Part shown: positions 20,547 through 31,494 of the stretch, piece after piece
How positions within the stretch are numbered: position 1 is the stretch's first letter
How the letters are laid out: each line of letters begins with the position of its first letter
Program-made: the position numbers and the translations under genes
Notes under the pieces: generated by a model
Told to the model about the DNA's origin: nothing
The model's database searches: none
What the model saw: only the letters and a program-made list of their open reading frames with translations
Source: an uncultured Gemmatimonadaceae bacterium
GTDB taxonomy: Bacteria; Gemmatimonadota; Gemmatimonadetes; Gemmatimonadales; Gemmatimonadaceae
NCBI GenBank assembly: GCA_963829055.1
Contig: CAWHHI010000012.1
Location: forward strand, 64,001 to 128,000
DNA length: 64,000 bases
Reading direction: 5' to 3'

Positions 20547-22292
20547 ATGTGCGCGATCGAGCGTGGCGCCGCAGGGGTCGCACGCGTCCTACAAGGCACG
20601 CCGCCGGCGTGCGCGATTGGCCCATCTTCTGTCTCCGGAACTTCGATCTTCGTGCGCCTCGTCACCGATTCGCTGGTTCGTCTGTCACGTGGTGTCTCGA
20701 TCATCTTCGGTGTCGCCGGCGTCTCTTTCGCGGCAGCCCTGTACGTCTCCGGCCGAGCGTCCGGCGCCCTCGCGCTGAGTCTCGGCCTGTACGCCATTGC
20801 CTTCGCGTTGATCGCGCTCGTGTTTGCCACGCGCGCGACGATCTCCTCTGCGCTCGCGGCAGCAACATCGGACGCGGACCGGGCCGACCCCGGAATTCAG
20901 ACGCTCGCGTCGTCGACAGCCGGCAACGTAACCGCGCCGGACCCGGCGACGGACGGATCTCCAACGGCACCGCCGCTCAGTCCTCGCTTCAATCTTCTAC
21001 ACCCGACCTGCGCGATCCGCTCACCGGACTCGCGACGCGTCTGCTGCTCCACGACCGGGTCGGTCACGCACTCGCGCGGGCGCACCGGCACGAGCGCGCC
21101 GTGGTCGATCATGCTGCTCGACCTGGATGGCTTCCGCTCGGTCAACGACGCGTTCGGCTACGCCGCTGGCGACCGCGTCCTGGCGGCGGTCGCCACTCGA
21201 CTGAATGCCGACACTGCGCGGCGGCGACACGGCAGTCACGACCCGGCGCCGATGAGTTCGCTCTGCTGCTCGAGGACATGGCCGACGAGAGCAACTTCGT
21301 ACAGATCAGCGAGCGCGTGAGCGACGCGCTCGCGCGGCCCATCACCATCGACGGACGCGAGCTCACGATCAGCGCGTGCACAGGCATCGCGCAGGCGACG
21401 CCGGATGACGACGTGGACAGCCTGCTGCGCAACGCCGACGCGGCGCTCGCCGCGGCAAAGCGCCGCGGTCGCGGGTCCTGCGAAGTGTTCTCGGACCGGA
21501 TTCGCTCGACGCTCGTGGACCGCGTGGAGCTCGAGGGCGAGCTCCGCGCCGCGATCGAGAACAAGCGCGTTCGAGATCGAATACCAGCCAATCGTCATCC
21601 TGCACAACCGGCGGATCGCCGGCGTCGAGGCGCTGCTGCGCTGGCGTCACCCGTCGCGCGGAGAGATCCCGCCGTCACGTTCCTGCCGGTCGCTGACGAG
21701 TTGGGCCTCTCCTCCGTGCTCGGTCGGTGGGTCCTGCTCGACAGCCTGCACACAGGTGAAGAAGTGGCAGGACGACGTCGCGAGCGCCCGCGCGCTGACG
21801 CTGACCGTCAACGTGTCTCGCGCGCAGCTGCGTCAGCCGTCGCTCATCGCGGATGTCGCGAACGCGCTCGAGCTTTCGGGCCTCGATCCACGGCGCCTCG
21901 TGCTCGAAGTCTCCGATGCCGTGCTGCTCGACGATGCCGGCACCGCGCTCGCGCGCCTCCAGTCGCTGAAGTCACTCGGCGTCCGCATCGCGATCGACGA
22001 CTTTGGCGCGCGCCAGGCGGCGCTTCACCAGCTGCCACGCATTCCGGTGGACATCCTGAAGATCGACAAGGCGTTCATCGACCGCGTCGGTCGCGGCGGC
22101 GTGAGCGTGGCTCACGTCGTGCTCGCGTTAGGCAAGTCGATGCGCCTGCGGACGGTCGCCGAGGGCGTCGAGGCGGAGGAGCAGGTCGCGGAGCTGCTGC
22201 GCCTCAAGTGCGAGTTCGGGCAGGGGCTGTTGTTCTCGCGCCCGCTGTCGCCCGCGGGCGTCGGAGCGCTCCTCCGCGCCGATCGGCGATAG
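20547..22292 (+). CDS. Membrane-anchored GGDEF-EAL protein (frameshifted, motifs partly degenerate)
   Basis: Two N-terminal TMs; DPLTGL, LDLDGF..VNDAFG, GADEF, YQPI, GVEALLRW, IDDFG, LKIDK, AEGVE, QG. True start may be later. Confidence 0.85.
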
Positions 22293-22320
22293 CGAGCATC
22301 GGCGCCAGCGTATCGGTTCG

Positions 22321-23147
22321 TCAGGCCGTCGCGTGCCAGAACTGGCGCACGAGATTCTGCGACACCGTGCGCCGATACTCCGCCGTCGAGCGCACATCGT
22401 CGATCGGCGTAATCTCTGCGCCGACCGCGGCTACGGCCGCATCGATCCCCTGCCCGGCCGCGAGCGCTCGCTCAGCCGCGCGCGCACGGACGACCACCGG
22501 GCCCACCGAGCCTAACGCGATACGCGGCGACGTCCGAGCGGACGCCAGCCATGACGACCTTCGAGATGGCCTGTGCGGCACGCGTGCCGACCTTCCGAAA
22601 CCACTGGCGTCCCGTGATCGGCCGGAATCTCGACCGCGACGATGAGCTCGTCGGGACGAAGGACGCTCGTCCGGTATCCCGAGTAGAACTCCGTGAACGG
22701 GATGCGCCGCTCGGCACCCGCACTCCGGACGACGACGACCGCCTCAGCCGCCGCGAACACCGGCAGCGTGTCTCCCGCGGGCGAGCCGTTCGCGATGTTC
22801 CCGCCAATCGTGCCGCGGTTCTGGATCTGCACGCCGCCAACCTGCCGCGCCGCGTCGACGAGCATCGGCAGTCGCTGCTTCACGAGCCGGGACCGCGTTA
22901 GGCTCGTGTACGTCGCGAGCGCACCGAGCGACGAGGACGTCGCCGCGCATCTCGATGCGTCGGAGCGGCTCGAGCGCCCAGAGATCGAGGAAGCGCGTGG
23001 CTGACAGCGTCCCGAAGTTGAGCGACTACGTACAGATCGGTCGCGCCCGCGAGCGGCGACGAGCGGCCCGTCATCCCGCAGCATCGTGAGCGCCTCGCGG
23101 ACCGATCGCGGCCGACGCAGCGTGAGCGGCGTGACCGCGGTTCTCAC
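22321..23147 (-). CDS. Xanthine-dehydrogenase-family FAD-binding subunit (frameshifted)
   Basis: VGGVQIQNRGTIGGNIANGSPAGD, PIDDVRSTAEYRR. Confidence 0.88.
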
Positions 23148-23621
23148 GTCGGCACGCTCGATGACGACATGCCTGCTGCCGCCGCTGTGCGACTCGCCCG
23201 CTTCGCCGCGCGAATGGCGCGATAGATCGCCTCGTAGCCCGTGCACCGGCACAGATTCCCGGCGAGCGCTTCCTGCATCTGCTTTCGGCGTTGGGTCCGG
23301 CCCGAGCGACATTGCCGCCATGATCATGCCGGGCGTGCAGATCCCGCACTGCGCGCCGACGTGATCCATGAACGCACGCTGCAGCGCCTGCGCTTCCGCG
23401 CCCTCGATCGTCTGCACGTCGCGGCCTTCCACCTGCGCGAACGGTACGAGGCACGATACGACCGCCTGGCCGTCGACGAGCACGGTGCACGCGCCGCACT
23501 CGCCTTCACCGCACCCTTCCTTCGTGCCCGTGAGCTCGCACTCCTCACGAAGCACGTCGAGCAGCCGTCGCATCGGATGCGCGTCGATGTCGACGCCTCG
23601 GCCGTTGAGCTGGAATTGCAT
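23144..23621 (-). CDS. Xanthine-dehydrogenase-family [2Fe-2S] subunit
   Basis: GTKEGCGEGECGACTV, QCGICTPG, NLCRCTGY (after a frameshift). Confidence 0.92.
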
Positions 23622-23623
23622 CG

Positions 23624-25757
23624 TCAGAGCACTCGCTTCGCCAATGACTGCCGGAAAATGACCTCCGGTACCGCGGGCACCTCGCGCACGTCCACCCCAA
23701 GACTTCGGATCGCGTTCACGATGGCGGGGGCCGGGCCATCCATGGGCAGCTCGCCCAGTCCCTTCGCGCCGAACGGGCCGCCAGGGTACGGGTTCTCGAC
23801 CAGCACGACGTCGATCGGCGGCGTGTCGAGCGTCGTCGGGATCGTGTAGTTCGTCAGCTGTGCGTTGGCCATCGCGCCATCACGCATGACGACGTGCTCG
23901 AGCAGCGCGAAGCCTAACGCCTGAGCGGTTCCGCCCTCGATCTGACCGATCGGCGAGCGCCGGATGAATCGCCTTGCCGACATCCACGCACAGCCGTGAG
24001 ACGCAACGGCCGCACCTCGAGCGTCACGGGATCGAGCTCCACCTCGGCGACGTTGCACCCCCACCCGTACGTCGCGTACGCATCGCCCGGTACGTCTCGT
24101 CGTCCCACTGAATCCACTCGGGCTGCTCGTACTCCGCCTCGACGCGCAGCGGACCGTGCTCGCGGAAATACTCGGCCGGTGTCGCGTCGCCGATCCGCCG
24201 GCGCAGTTCGGCCGCCGCCCGCTGCAGGATGCCGCCGACGACCATGCAGGTGCGCGATGCGACCGTCGGCCCGCTGTCGGGGACGCGCGAGGTGTCCGGC
24301 TGCGCGACCTCGACCGATTCGTACGGCACGCCTAACGCGTCGGCGACGATCTGCGCGTGCATCGTGCGCGTGCCCTGCCCGATCTCGGTGCTCGACGTGA
24401 GCACCCGAACGCCGCGCTCCGTGAGCTCGAGCGCCGCACGCGATGCGAGGCGCAGCTCTCCGCTGCCGGTGAATCCCGAGCCATGATAGAACAGCGACAC
24501 GCCAATGCCGTCGCCGTTCGTACCCGCCACTGCCTGCTTTTCATGGTACCGGGACTTCCGCACCGCTCGACTCAGCGTCTCGAGCGCGCTGCAGTCGCTC
24601 GCCGAGCGTCTGGCCGGTCGCAGTGGTGTCGCCAGGCCGCAACGCGTTGAGCTCCCGCAGCTGGACCGGGTCCATACCTAACGCTTCGGCGATCCGGTCC
24701 ATGTGGACTTCCATCGCGAACTGCGTCTGCGGCGCGCCGAAGCCGCGGAACGCACCGTTCGGCGGCGTGTTCGTCATCACGGCGCGCCCGACAATGCGCG
24801 TGTTGTCGCACCGATACGGGCCGGCGGCGTGGATCGTTCCGCGCGAGAGGACGACGGGACTCAGCGTGACATAGGCGCCGCCATCCAGCATCACGTCAAT
24901 GTCCATCGCGACAATGCGACCGTCGCGCGTGACGCCGGTCCGATGCCGCACCACGGACGGATGCCGCTTGGTCGTCGCCACCATGTCCTCGGTGCGATCG
25001 TAGATGATCTTCACCGGCCGGCCCGACTTGAGCGCGAGGAGCGCGGCGTGTCCCGCGATCACCGACGGGAATTCCTCCTTGCCGCCGAATCCGCCGCCGG
25101 TCTCGGTCTGCACGACGCGCACGTGCGACACCGCATCGCCCAACAGTGCGACGAGCGCCTTGTGCACGTAGAACGGGCACTGAATGGAGCCGTGGACTGC
25201 GATGCCGCCGTCCTCCGGAACGGCGATCACCCCGTTAGGCTCGATGTACACGTGCTCCTGCGCGCCGGTGCGGTACGTCCCCTCGACGATGACGTCCGCG
25301 CTCGACATCGCGGCGTCGACGTCACCCTTCTCGATGTGGATGTGCTTGAAGACAGTCGTCGGAAGCTTCGGCGTCGAGCACGGCCGGCTCGCGCTCGTAG
25401 TCGATCTCGACGCGCGCGGCGAGCAGCTTCTCGCGATCGGCGTGCGCGAGCAGCAGAATCGGCTCGGCCGCGTGCCTGACGTCTCGCTCCGACGAGGCAC
25501 GGCTGATCGACCTCGATGAGCGCGACGACGTTGGTGCCCGGAATGTCGCGGTAGTCGACGACGGTGAAGTCCGTCTCGTCGAACTGGCGACGGACTGCCG
25601 TTATGCGTCCGCGCGGAATCTCGGAGCGGATGGTCCGGCCCCAGAGCATTCCCGGGAACACGAGGTCATCGGCGTAGACCGCCGTGCCCGTCGCTTTCCC
25701 GATACCGTCCTTGCGCGCGACGCTTCGTCCGACGGCGCGTTCGCTGGAGTTCGCCAT
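23624..25757 (-). CDS. Xanthine-dehydrogenase-family molybdopterin-binding subunit (frameshifted)
   Basis: KATGTAVYADD, GGGFGGKE, AFRGFGAPQ, EIGQG, TVASR, GQIEGG, GAKGLGE. Confidence 0.92.
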
Positions 25758-25871
25758 TGGGCGAAGGATGATCCACCGCGTGCGCCGGGATCAAGGTGGT
25801 CGAGCGTCGATCGTTCGACGTGAGGGCAATGAGAAAGGCGACCGAGGCTGTTCGCCGCACGACCGCCTTTC

Positions 25872-25899
25872 GATTCCCTATTCCCGATTCCCTATTCCC
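25872..25899 (-). repeat. Heptamer tandem repeat (GATTCCC/TATTCCC)x4
   Basis: GATTCCC TATTCCC GATTCCC TATTCCC followed by a T run. Confidence 0.8.
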
Positions 25900-25912
25900 G
25901 TTTTTTTGCGCG

Positions 25913-26305
25913 TCAGACGTCGCTCACCGGACCAGTCGCCGGAGGCGGCGTGCCCTCGTCAGGCTTCGATCCGTTGCCGTTCCATCCCATGATCCAGCGG
26001 AGCAGCCACACGAGGAGGACGATCGGGAGAATGATCTTGAGCGCCAGGAGCCCGAACGACAACACGGCCGAGAGAATGGCCAGTAGCGCACCACCGAGCA
26101 GGAACACCAGAATGAACGGCATTCCAAAGAGTGCAAGCATGAAGAGAATCGGGAGCGCGAGCACCCCGAGTACCATGAGCACCGGCAAGCCCACCATCTT
26201 CAACACGAAGGCGATCGGAACCAGAATTCCCAACGAGCCAAGGCTCTGGAGCAGCCACTTGAGCATGGCCCACTTGAGCAACAGGCCCTTGATCAGGATC
26301 CACAT
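25913..26305 (-). CDS. Hypothetical, very hydrophobic membrane protein
   Basis: ATG with GAGG upstream; ~100 aa almost uninterrupted hydrophobic stretch and a short polar tail. Confidence 0.7.
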   Translation of the reverse strand: MWILIKGLLLKWAMLKWLLQSLGSLGILVPIAFVLKMVGLPVLMVLGVLALPILFMLALFGMPFILVFLLGGALLAILSAVLSFGLLALKIILPIVLLVWLLRWIMGWNGNGSKPDEGTPPPATGPVSDV

Positions 26306-26392
26306 CGGCGTACCTCGTATCGGGGAAATGGGTGCCACACCCTACGGCGCCGACCACGGACGCGGTTTCAGAAGATTCACCCCAATCTCTGC

Positions 26393-27412
26393 GTGAGCCA
26401 GTCGACCTCCGCTCATCACGACCCGGGCACGCGAGCGGCCATCGACCGCGCCGCGGCCGTGACAGAGGCACCCACTGAAGCGATCACGTTCCCGAACGGG
26501 CATCGAATCCGCGTGGGCACCGCCAGTTGGACGGATCGCACCCTGCTGCCCACCGGTCTGTTCTACCCCTCCGGCGTCGAGTCCGCCGAGGAACGGCTTC
26601 GCTACTACGCGAATCGCTTCCCGCTCGTCGAGGTCGATTCGTCGTACTATGGCCTACCCGTGCGACGGAACGCCGAGCTCTGGGCGAGCCGAACGCCTGA
26701 CGGATTTCGGTTCGACATCAAGGCCTTCGCGCTGATGACCGGGCATCCGACCGAGGTCGCTCGGCTCCCGAAGACGCTGCGCGATGCACTGCCACCCACG
26801 ATGGCGTCGCAGAAACGCGTCTACGCCCGTGATCTACCGCCGGAGATCTACGAGGAAGTCTGGGCGCTTTTCCGCGACGCCATCGAGCCGCTCATCGCCG
26901 CGGACAAACTTGGCTCCGTGCTGCTGCAGTATCCCCAGTGGTTCATGCCGGGCACCGCCGCGCGCAACGCCATTCTCGAAGCACGCGATCGGCTCGCCGG
27001 AGTGCCGTGCACGATCGAGTTCCGGAATCGCGCGTGGTTCGATGAGCGCAGTCGCGAGCGCAACCTCGCCTTCCTCCGCGACAACGCGCTGCCCTACGTT
27101 ATCGTCGATGAGCCTCAAGGGCTTCCTAACAGCGTGCCGCCCATCGCGGCGGTCACCGCGCCTTCACTCGCGATCGTGCGCTTTCACGGGCGTCGTGATG
27201 ACATTTGGAACCGGCGCGGCGTGAAGGTGGTGGACAAGTATCGCTATCTCTACGACCGGGACGAGCTCGCGACTTGGGTGCCCCGCGTCCTCGAAGTTGC
27301 CGAGAAGGCAGACGACACACACGTCGTGTTCAACAACTGCTACGCGAATTACGGTACTACCAACGCGCTCGAGATGAGCGCCATGCTGGCCGAGGCGGCT
27401 ACACACGGGTAG
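26393..27412 (+). CDS. DUF72-domain protein
   Basis: RVGTASW, FPLVEVDSSYY, LLQYP, IEFRN, VRFHGR, YRYLY, FNNC. Confidence 0.9.
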   Translation: MSQSTSAHHDPGTRAAIDRAAAVTEAPTEAITFPNGHRIRVGTASWTDRTLLPTGLFYPSGVESAEERLRYYANRFPLVEVDSSYYGLPVRRNAELWASRTPDGFRFDIKAFALMTGHPTEVARLPKTLRDALPPTMASQKRVYARDLPPEIYEEVWALFRDAIEPLIAADKLGSVLLQYPQWFMPGTAARNAILEARDRLAGVPCTIEFRNRAWFDERSRERNLAFLRDNALPYVIVDEPQGLPNSVPPIAAVTAPSLAIVRFHGRRDDIWNRRGVKVVDKYRYLYDRDELATWVPRVLEVAEKADDTHVVFNNCYANYGTTNALEMSAMLAEAATHG

Positions 27413-27447
27413 CGCCGTGCGGCCCGATCCGAGCAGCGGGAGTGGCA

Positions 27448-28452
27448 ATGACTGATCACACCAGGCTCGTCCGCGATCACCTCGCGGACGGATCACCACT
27501 GCCAGCCATTCCCCTCATCATCTCGGAGCCGATCGTCATGCGCGATCGCATGGATCTGCCGGCGGTCCGCTCGGAACGGCCGGCGGTCCGCCTGCGATTC
27601 GTGTGGCGCGGGAAAGCTCACGATCCGATGTTCGTGTTTCAGAATTGCCGTGAGCCGAGCTGGGAGCGAGTCGACATCACGGTCGAGAACCCGCTCGAAG
27701 CGGCGTTCGTCATGGAGCGCACGCGCCACGGGCCGGGCGTGATCCCGAGTACCATGCATCAATGGCGCGACGTTAGGGTCTTCGGAAACGGGGTGCTCGA
27801 ACGAGGATTCTGGCATCGCCGCGGCGACTTTGACGAAAACAACGAGCACGCCCGGTTCGACTCGGTTTCCGTGTACGGCTACACTGATTGCGGTTGGCTC
27901 ATCGAGGGCACGCAGTCGAAGGAGCATCTGTTCACGCATTGCCGCGCGAACGGCGACACGACGGGTCGCGTTGGGGTGCGCTCCTTCGGGTCGTTTCAGT
28001 GGATCGGCGGAGCAATGAGCGGCCACGCCGAAAGTTGCTTTGCGCTCGGTCCGCCCTGCGACGTCGTACGCATCGAAGGCGCTGGCTGTGAGACGTCCGC
28101 CCGCCTCCTTACGGCGAAGGGGCCTACGGGGAACGCGTATCCGGTGCTGCTCGAGCAGGTGCGATTCATGACCGATCGTCTGCATCCGGACGGCGTGATG
28201 ATCGATTTCGGCGCGCCAGGCCCGCTCACCATCCGCGGCGGTCAGTTCGGCAATGGGCACCAGCCGATCCCAACGATTCGGATGCGGACCGTGGCCGATC
28301 TGGCGTTCATCTGCGAAGGGGCCGCGTTCGACGCGTGGGGCTCCCACGAACACGCCGAACACATCTTCGACCTTCCGACGAATACCGGGCGCGACGTGCG
28401 CATCGTCGCCAACCTCTTCGCCGACGCGAACGGAATGGCGCGCCGTCGATAG
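27448..28452 (+). CDS. Hypothetical protein, possible right-handed beta-helix (pectin-lyase-like) fold
   Basis: Intact ORF with GGGAG upstream; repeated short beta-strand/turn pattern (NNEHARFDSVSVYG, EHLFTHCRANG, VRIEGAGCE). Confidence 0.55.
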   Translation: MTDHTRLVRDHLADGSPLPAIPLIISEPIVMRDRMDLPAVRSERPAVRLRFVWRGKAHDPMFVFQNCREPSWERVDITVENPLEAAFVMERTRHGPGVIPSTMHQWRDVRVFGNGVLERGFWHRRGDFDENNEHARFDSVSVYGYTDCGWLIEGTQSKEHLFTHCRANGDTTGRVGVRSFGSFQWIGGAMSGHAESCFALGPPCDVVRIEGAGCETSARLLTAKGPTGNAYPVLLEQVRFMTDRLHPDGVMIDFGAPGPLTIRGGQFGNGHQPIPTIRMRTVADLAFICEGAAFDAWGSHEHAEHIFDLPTNTGRDVRIVANLFADANGMARRR

Positions 28453-28570
28453 ACGCCGCTGGACGCCGTTCTGTAGTCACGTGCCCTTCGTGTCGCAGTG
28501 GTCGTCATCGGGCATGGTCCCGTGCGCAAGATCGAGGCGCGGAACCACCCGCTGCCTATAGGGAAGGGCG

Positions 28571-28855
28571 ATGAGCGATCCAACGAACCGGTCACACACA
28601 CCACCCTCCGTCACCGGACGCCGACGGCGCTTCACCGGCGCGCATCCGTACCCGGCGCTTCCACAATCGCGCTTGCCATTGCTGCGCGGGATGCTGTGGC
28701 TGACCTGGGCCGCCTGCCTCGCGATCGTCGACAGCGTGCTCGAGCTTGTGCCGGGCACCACGCGGTCTCGGCGTCGCAAGCGCAACCGCGGTGCGTCAGA
28801 GCCGGCAGCGGTGCCGCGTAGTCCGCGACTCCCTTCACTGACACCTACCGGATGA
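28571..28855 (+). CDS. Hypothetical small protein with one hydrophobic segment
   Basis: ORF of 94 aa preceded by GGGAAGGG; no family recognised. Confidence 0.35.
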   Translation: MSDPTNRSHTPPSVTGRRRRFTGAHPYPALPQSRLPLLRGMLWLTWAACLAIVDSVLELVPGTTRSRRRKRNRGASEPAAVPRSPRLPSLTPTG

Positions 28856-28995
28856 CACCCGCGTACGAGATCGAACGCGGGCGCGTCGCGCTGACTGCCT
28901 CGCCTAACGTGTTCAATTCGAGGGGGTCGGCCGCGCTGAGTCGATCACCCGCGGATCGCGGGCGTTAGTCCGCTTCACACCAAACAGTGTCGTCG

Positions 28996-29611
28996 ATGCG
29001 CGGCTCGTTTGCGTTCCTGCTTCCCCTCTACTTCGGTGCCGCCCTGTTCGGCGTGAACGCGGCGGCCAATACCGTGACACCGCTAGCTGCAGCGGCTGAC
29101 ATGACCGTCGTCGCCGGGCCCATCCGGGCACGCTGGGAGCGACGCCCGCAACGACCCATTCGCGTCTTCATTGCGGCGGCACGGACGACCCCGGGTTGGC
29201 AACCCGAACTCGTCGAGGCCGCCTGGGCCGGATTTCGGCGGTGGTCCACACCCGACGTTCCGGTTCGATTCGCACGCGTCTGGTCCGCATCGGACGCCGA
29301 CGTAGTCGTCGAATGGGTCGGATTCACTTCCCGGGACATGCATTGGCAAGACGTGGCGCGAGGAGATCGGTACCGAGATCAGCAACGCGCGGATTACGCT
29401 CGCTCTGCACGATCACCGCGGCCGGACACTCACGCCCGAGATGCAGCGCGGCGCGGCGCTCCACGAGATCGGCCATCTGCTCGGGCTCGAACACGTCGCG
29501 CACCGCGACTCGATCATGTACCCGCAGGTGTGGGTCACCGACATCGCCGATGCCGACAGGAACGCGTTGCGGAATCTGTATTCGACTCGCCCACCGGCGG
29601 TGGCGGACTAA
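28996..29611 (+). CDS. Matrixin-family (M10-like) zinc metalloprotease (frameshifted)
   Basis: Signal peptide; after a frameshift near 29325 it reads ALHEIGHLLGLEH (HExxHxxGxxH) and the Met-turn SIMYP. Confidence 0.82.
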
Positions 29612-29659
29612 CTGGCCAAGGTTGGCGGACACCATCGCCCAGTCGGCGGCGCGCTGGAT

Positions 29660-30056
29660 CTACTCGTTCCTGATGGCGAAGGTCGAGATGGAGATCGGGC
29701 TTCCAACCTGCAGCTCGAGCCGCTGACCGGGCCCCAACACGACGGGATCCGTGACGTATCCGCGCGTCGCGCCGATGGGATCCGCTAGAATCTGAACCTC
29801 GCTGCCGCCGCTAATCGCCTGAGCCGGCAGCCGGAATGTCTGTGTCGACGAGCCGCCCACCGTACCGACGCGGAACCGGGCCGATCCACGCACGGCATAG
29901 ATCACGACGTCCAGCCAATTATCGTTCCGGACGGTAACACTCCGCGCCACCGTCCCATCCCCGGAGCGTCTGCTGATCGGAAACACGATTGGTAGCACAG
30001 GCACTCGAGATGACAGCCGCGACCAACGCCAACCCACCTAAGGTTCTCCGTACCAT
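29660..30056 (-). CDS. Hypothetical lipoprotein (frameshifted)
   Basis: GGAGG RBS; MVRRTLGGLALVAAVISSAC lipobox; continues as ..VRNDNWLDVVIYAV..ADPIG.. Confidence 0.65.
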
Positions 30057-30235
30057 CGTTCCTCCCTCTCCGTTGCCCGGCCGCCCTTTATCGAGTACTC
30101 CGTAGCGCGCGCGGTGTGCCATTCGCCTCCGGAGAAACGAGGAAAGAACGCGCGAGTGGTCCGTGGGATGCAAACGACGGCGGCACGTGAACGGTCGCGC
30201 TGGGCGACGCACTTTCGGTGTGGCCAATACGAAGG

Positions 30236-30270
30236 AGCCCCGGCGACCGCGAAGGTCACCGGGGCTTTTC
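30236..30270. terminator. Hairpin terminator downstream of tRNA-Ile
   Basis: AGCCCCGGCGACC-GCGAA-GGTCACCGGGGCT followed by TTTC. Confidence 0.6.
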
Positions 30271-30284
30271 AATCGCTTCCGTTA

Positions 30285-30358
<74 letters not shown>

Positions 30359-30372
30359 GGAAAGAGTCGCGA

Positions 30373-30401
30373 AAACTAGCCACGCCTATGAGTTGAGTCA
30401 A
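30373..30401 (-). promoter_or_regulatory. Sigma70-type promoter of tRNA-Ile
   Basis: Minus strand TTGACT (30396-30401), 17 nt, TAGTTT (30373-30378), ending 14 nt upstream of the tRNA. Confidence 0.65.
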
Positions 30402-30619
30402 CCGACGAACCCTTGGAATGCAAGTGAGCCCAACAGTACGGGGAACAGAAATTGCCCCTTCGACGATACGAGATGTCGCGTGCGCCGCCGCTGTCAGCGG
30501 GCGCCCCATGGCACCGTCGATGACACTCGACGAAAGCACCATCGCCCGGCGACGTCCGGTCCGTCACTACCGCCGCCCAAATTAATTCACTTATGCTGGA
30601 ACGATTCGGAGGCAGGGTC

Positions 30620-31421
30620 ATGATCACGATCATCATCCTGTCCCTCCTCGCCGCGCTCATTCTCATTGCAGCGTTCGTGGCACGAAGACGGAGACGGACG
30701 GAACGAGGCGGGGATGCGATTCCGCTCTTCTCGGTGCCGTCCAATTCGCCCGCCGCCATCCCCCGACCCGCGACGACCGCAGGTCGTGCGACGCGCAACA
30801 CCCCGCCGATGCCGCACGATCACGTGCCTTCGCCTCGGAACCACACTGCCGAGCAGGCAGTGCGCTTCGCGCCGACCACCGCCACGATCAAGACGCGCGA
30901 CGGCGGTGTCTCCACGCTCCCGCTCTCCTCACACGCAGAGCAACCAGGATCGGCTGATCAGGAACAACTTGGCGAGGAAGTCGACGGCCAATCATTGCGG
31001 TTCTGGCGTCCCGCGGACGGCACGCTCCAGTTCTTACCGGGGCGACTCGTGATCGCTGCGGGACGCGATGTCGGCCAGGAGATCCGGTTCGTGCGCACGG
31101 AAGGACCCGACGGCACGCGCATTACGTTTGGCCGCGCCGAAGGCGCGCCGTACCGCCACGTGCAGCTCCGGGAGCCGACGGTAAGCCGAGCGCATGCGCA
31201 GATGACATACGAGCAGCCATCGGTGTCGAACGGATCCGGATCGCGGGGTATAACCGGAATCACGTCCCATTGGCGCCTCGAGAATCTGTCGTCGACGAAC
31301 CCCGTCGCGGTCAACGGTCGGCCGCTTGAATGGTCAGGGCGGGCCCTCCGCATCGGTCATCCTGGCTGAGGGTGATCGGATTGAAATGGGTGAGGTCGCC
31401 TTCATCTTTCACTCGCGCTAA
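30620..31421 (+). CDS. Membrane-anchored FHA-domain protein (copy 1; frameshift near 31340)
   Basis: GGAGG RBS; N-terminal TM; ITFGR, PTVSRAHA, LENLSSTNP, GDRIEMGEVAFIF. Confidence 0.82.
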
Positions 31422-31494
31422 TGTTCCTGTCCCCGGCCGCCACTTGCCGTCGTCCGGTATCTGCGTCACAACCGCGGGAAAGAAGAGCTGGCTG

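Noticed and set aside
23624..25757. Aerobic CO dehydrogenase (coxL) call
   Set aside because: The loop reads AFRGFG, not the CoxL form I AYXCSFR, and no cox accessory genes are present.
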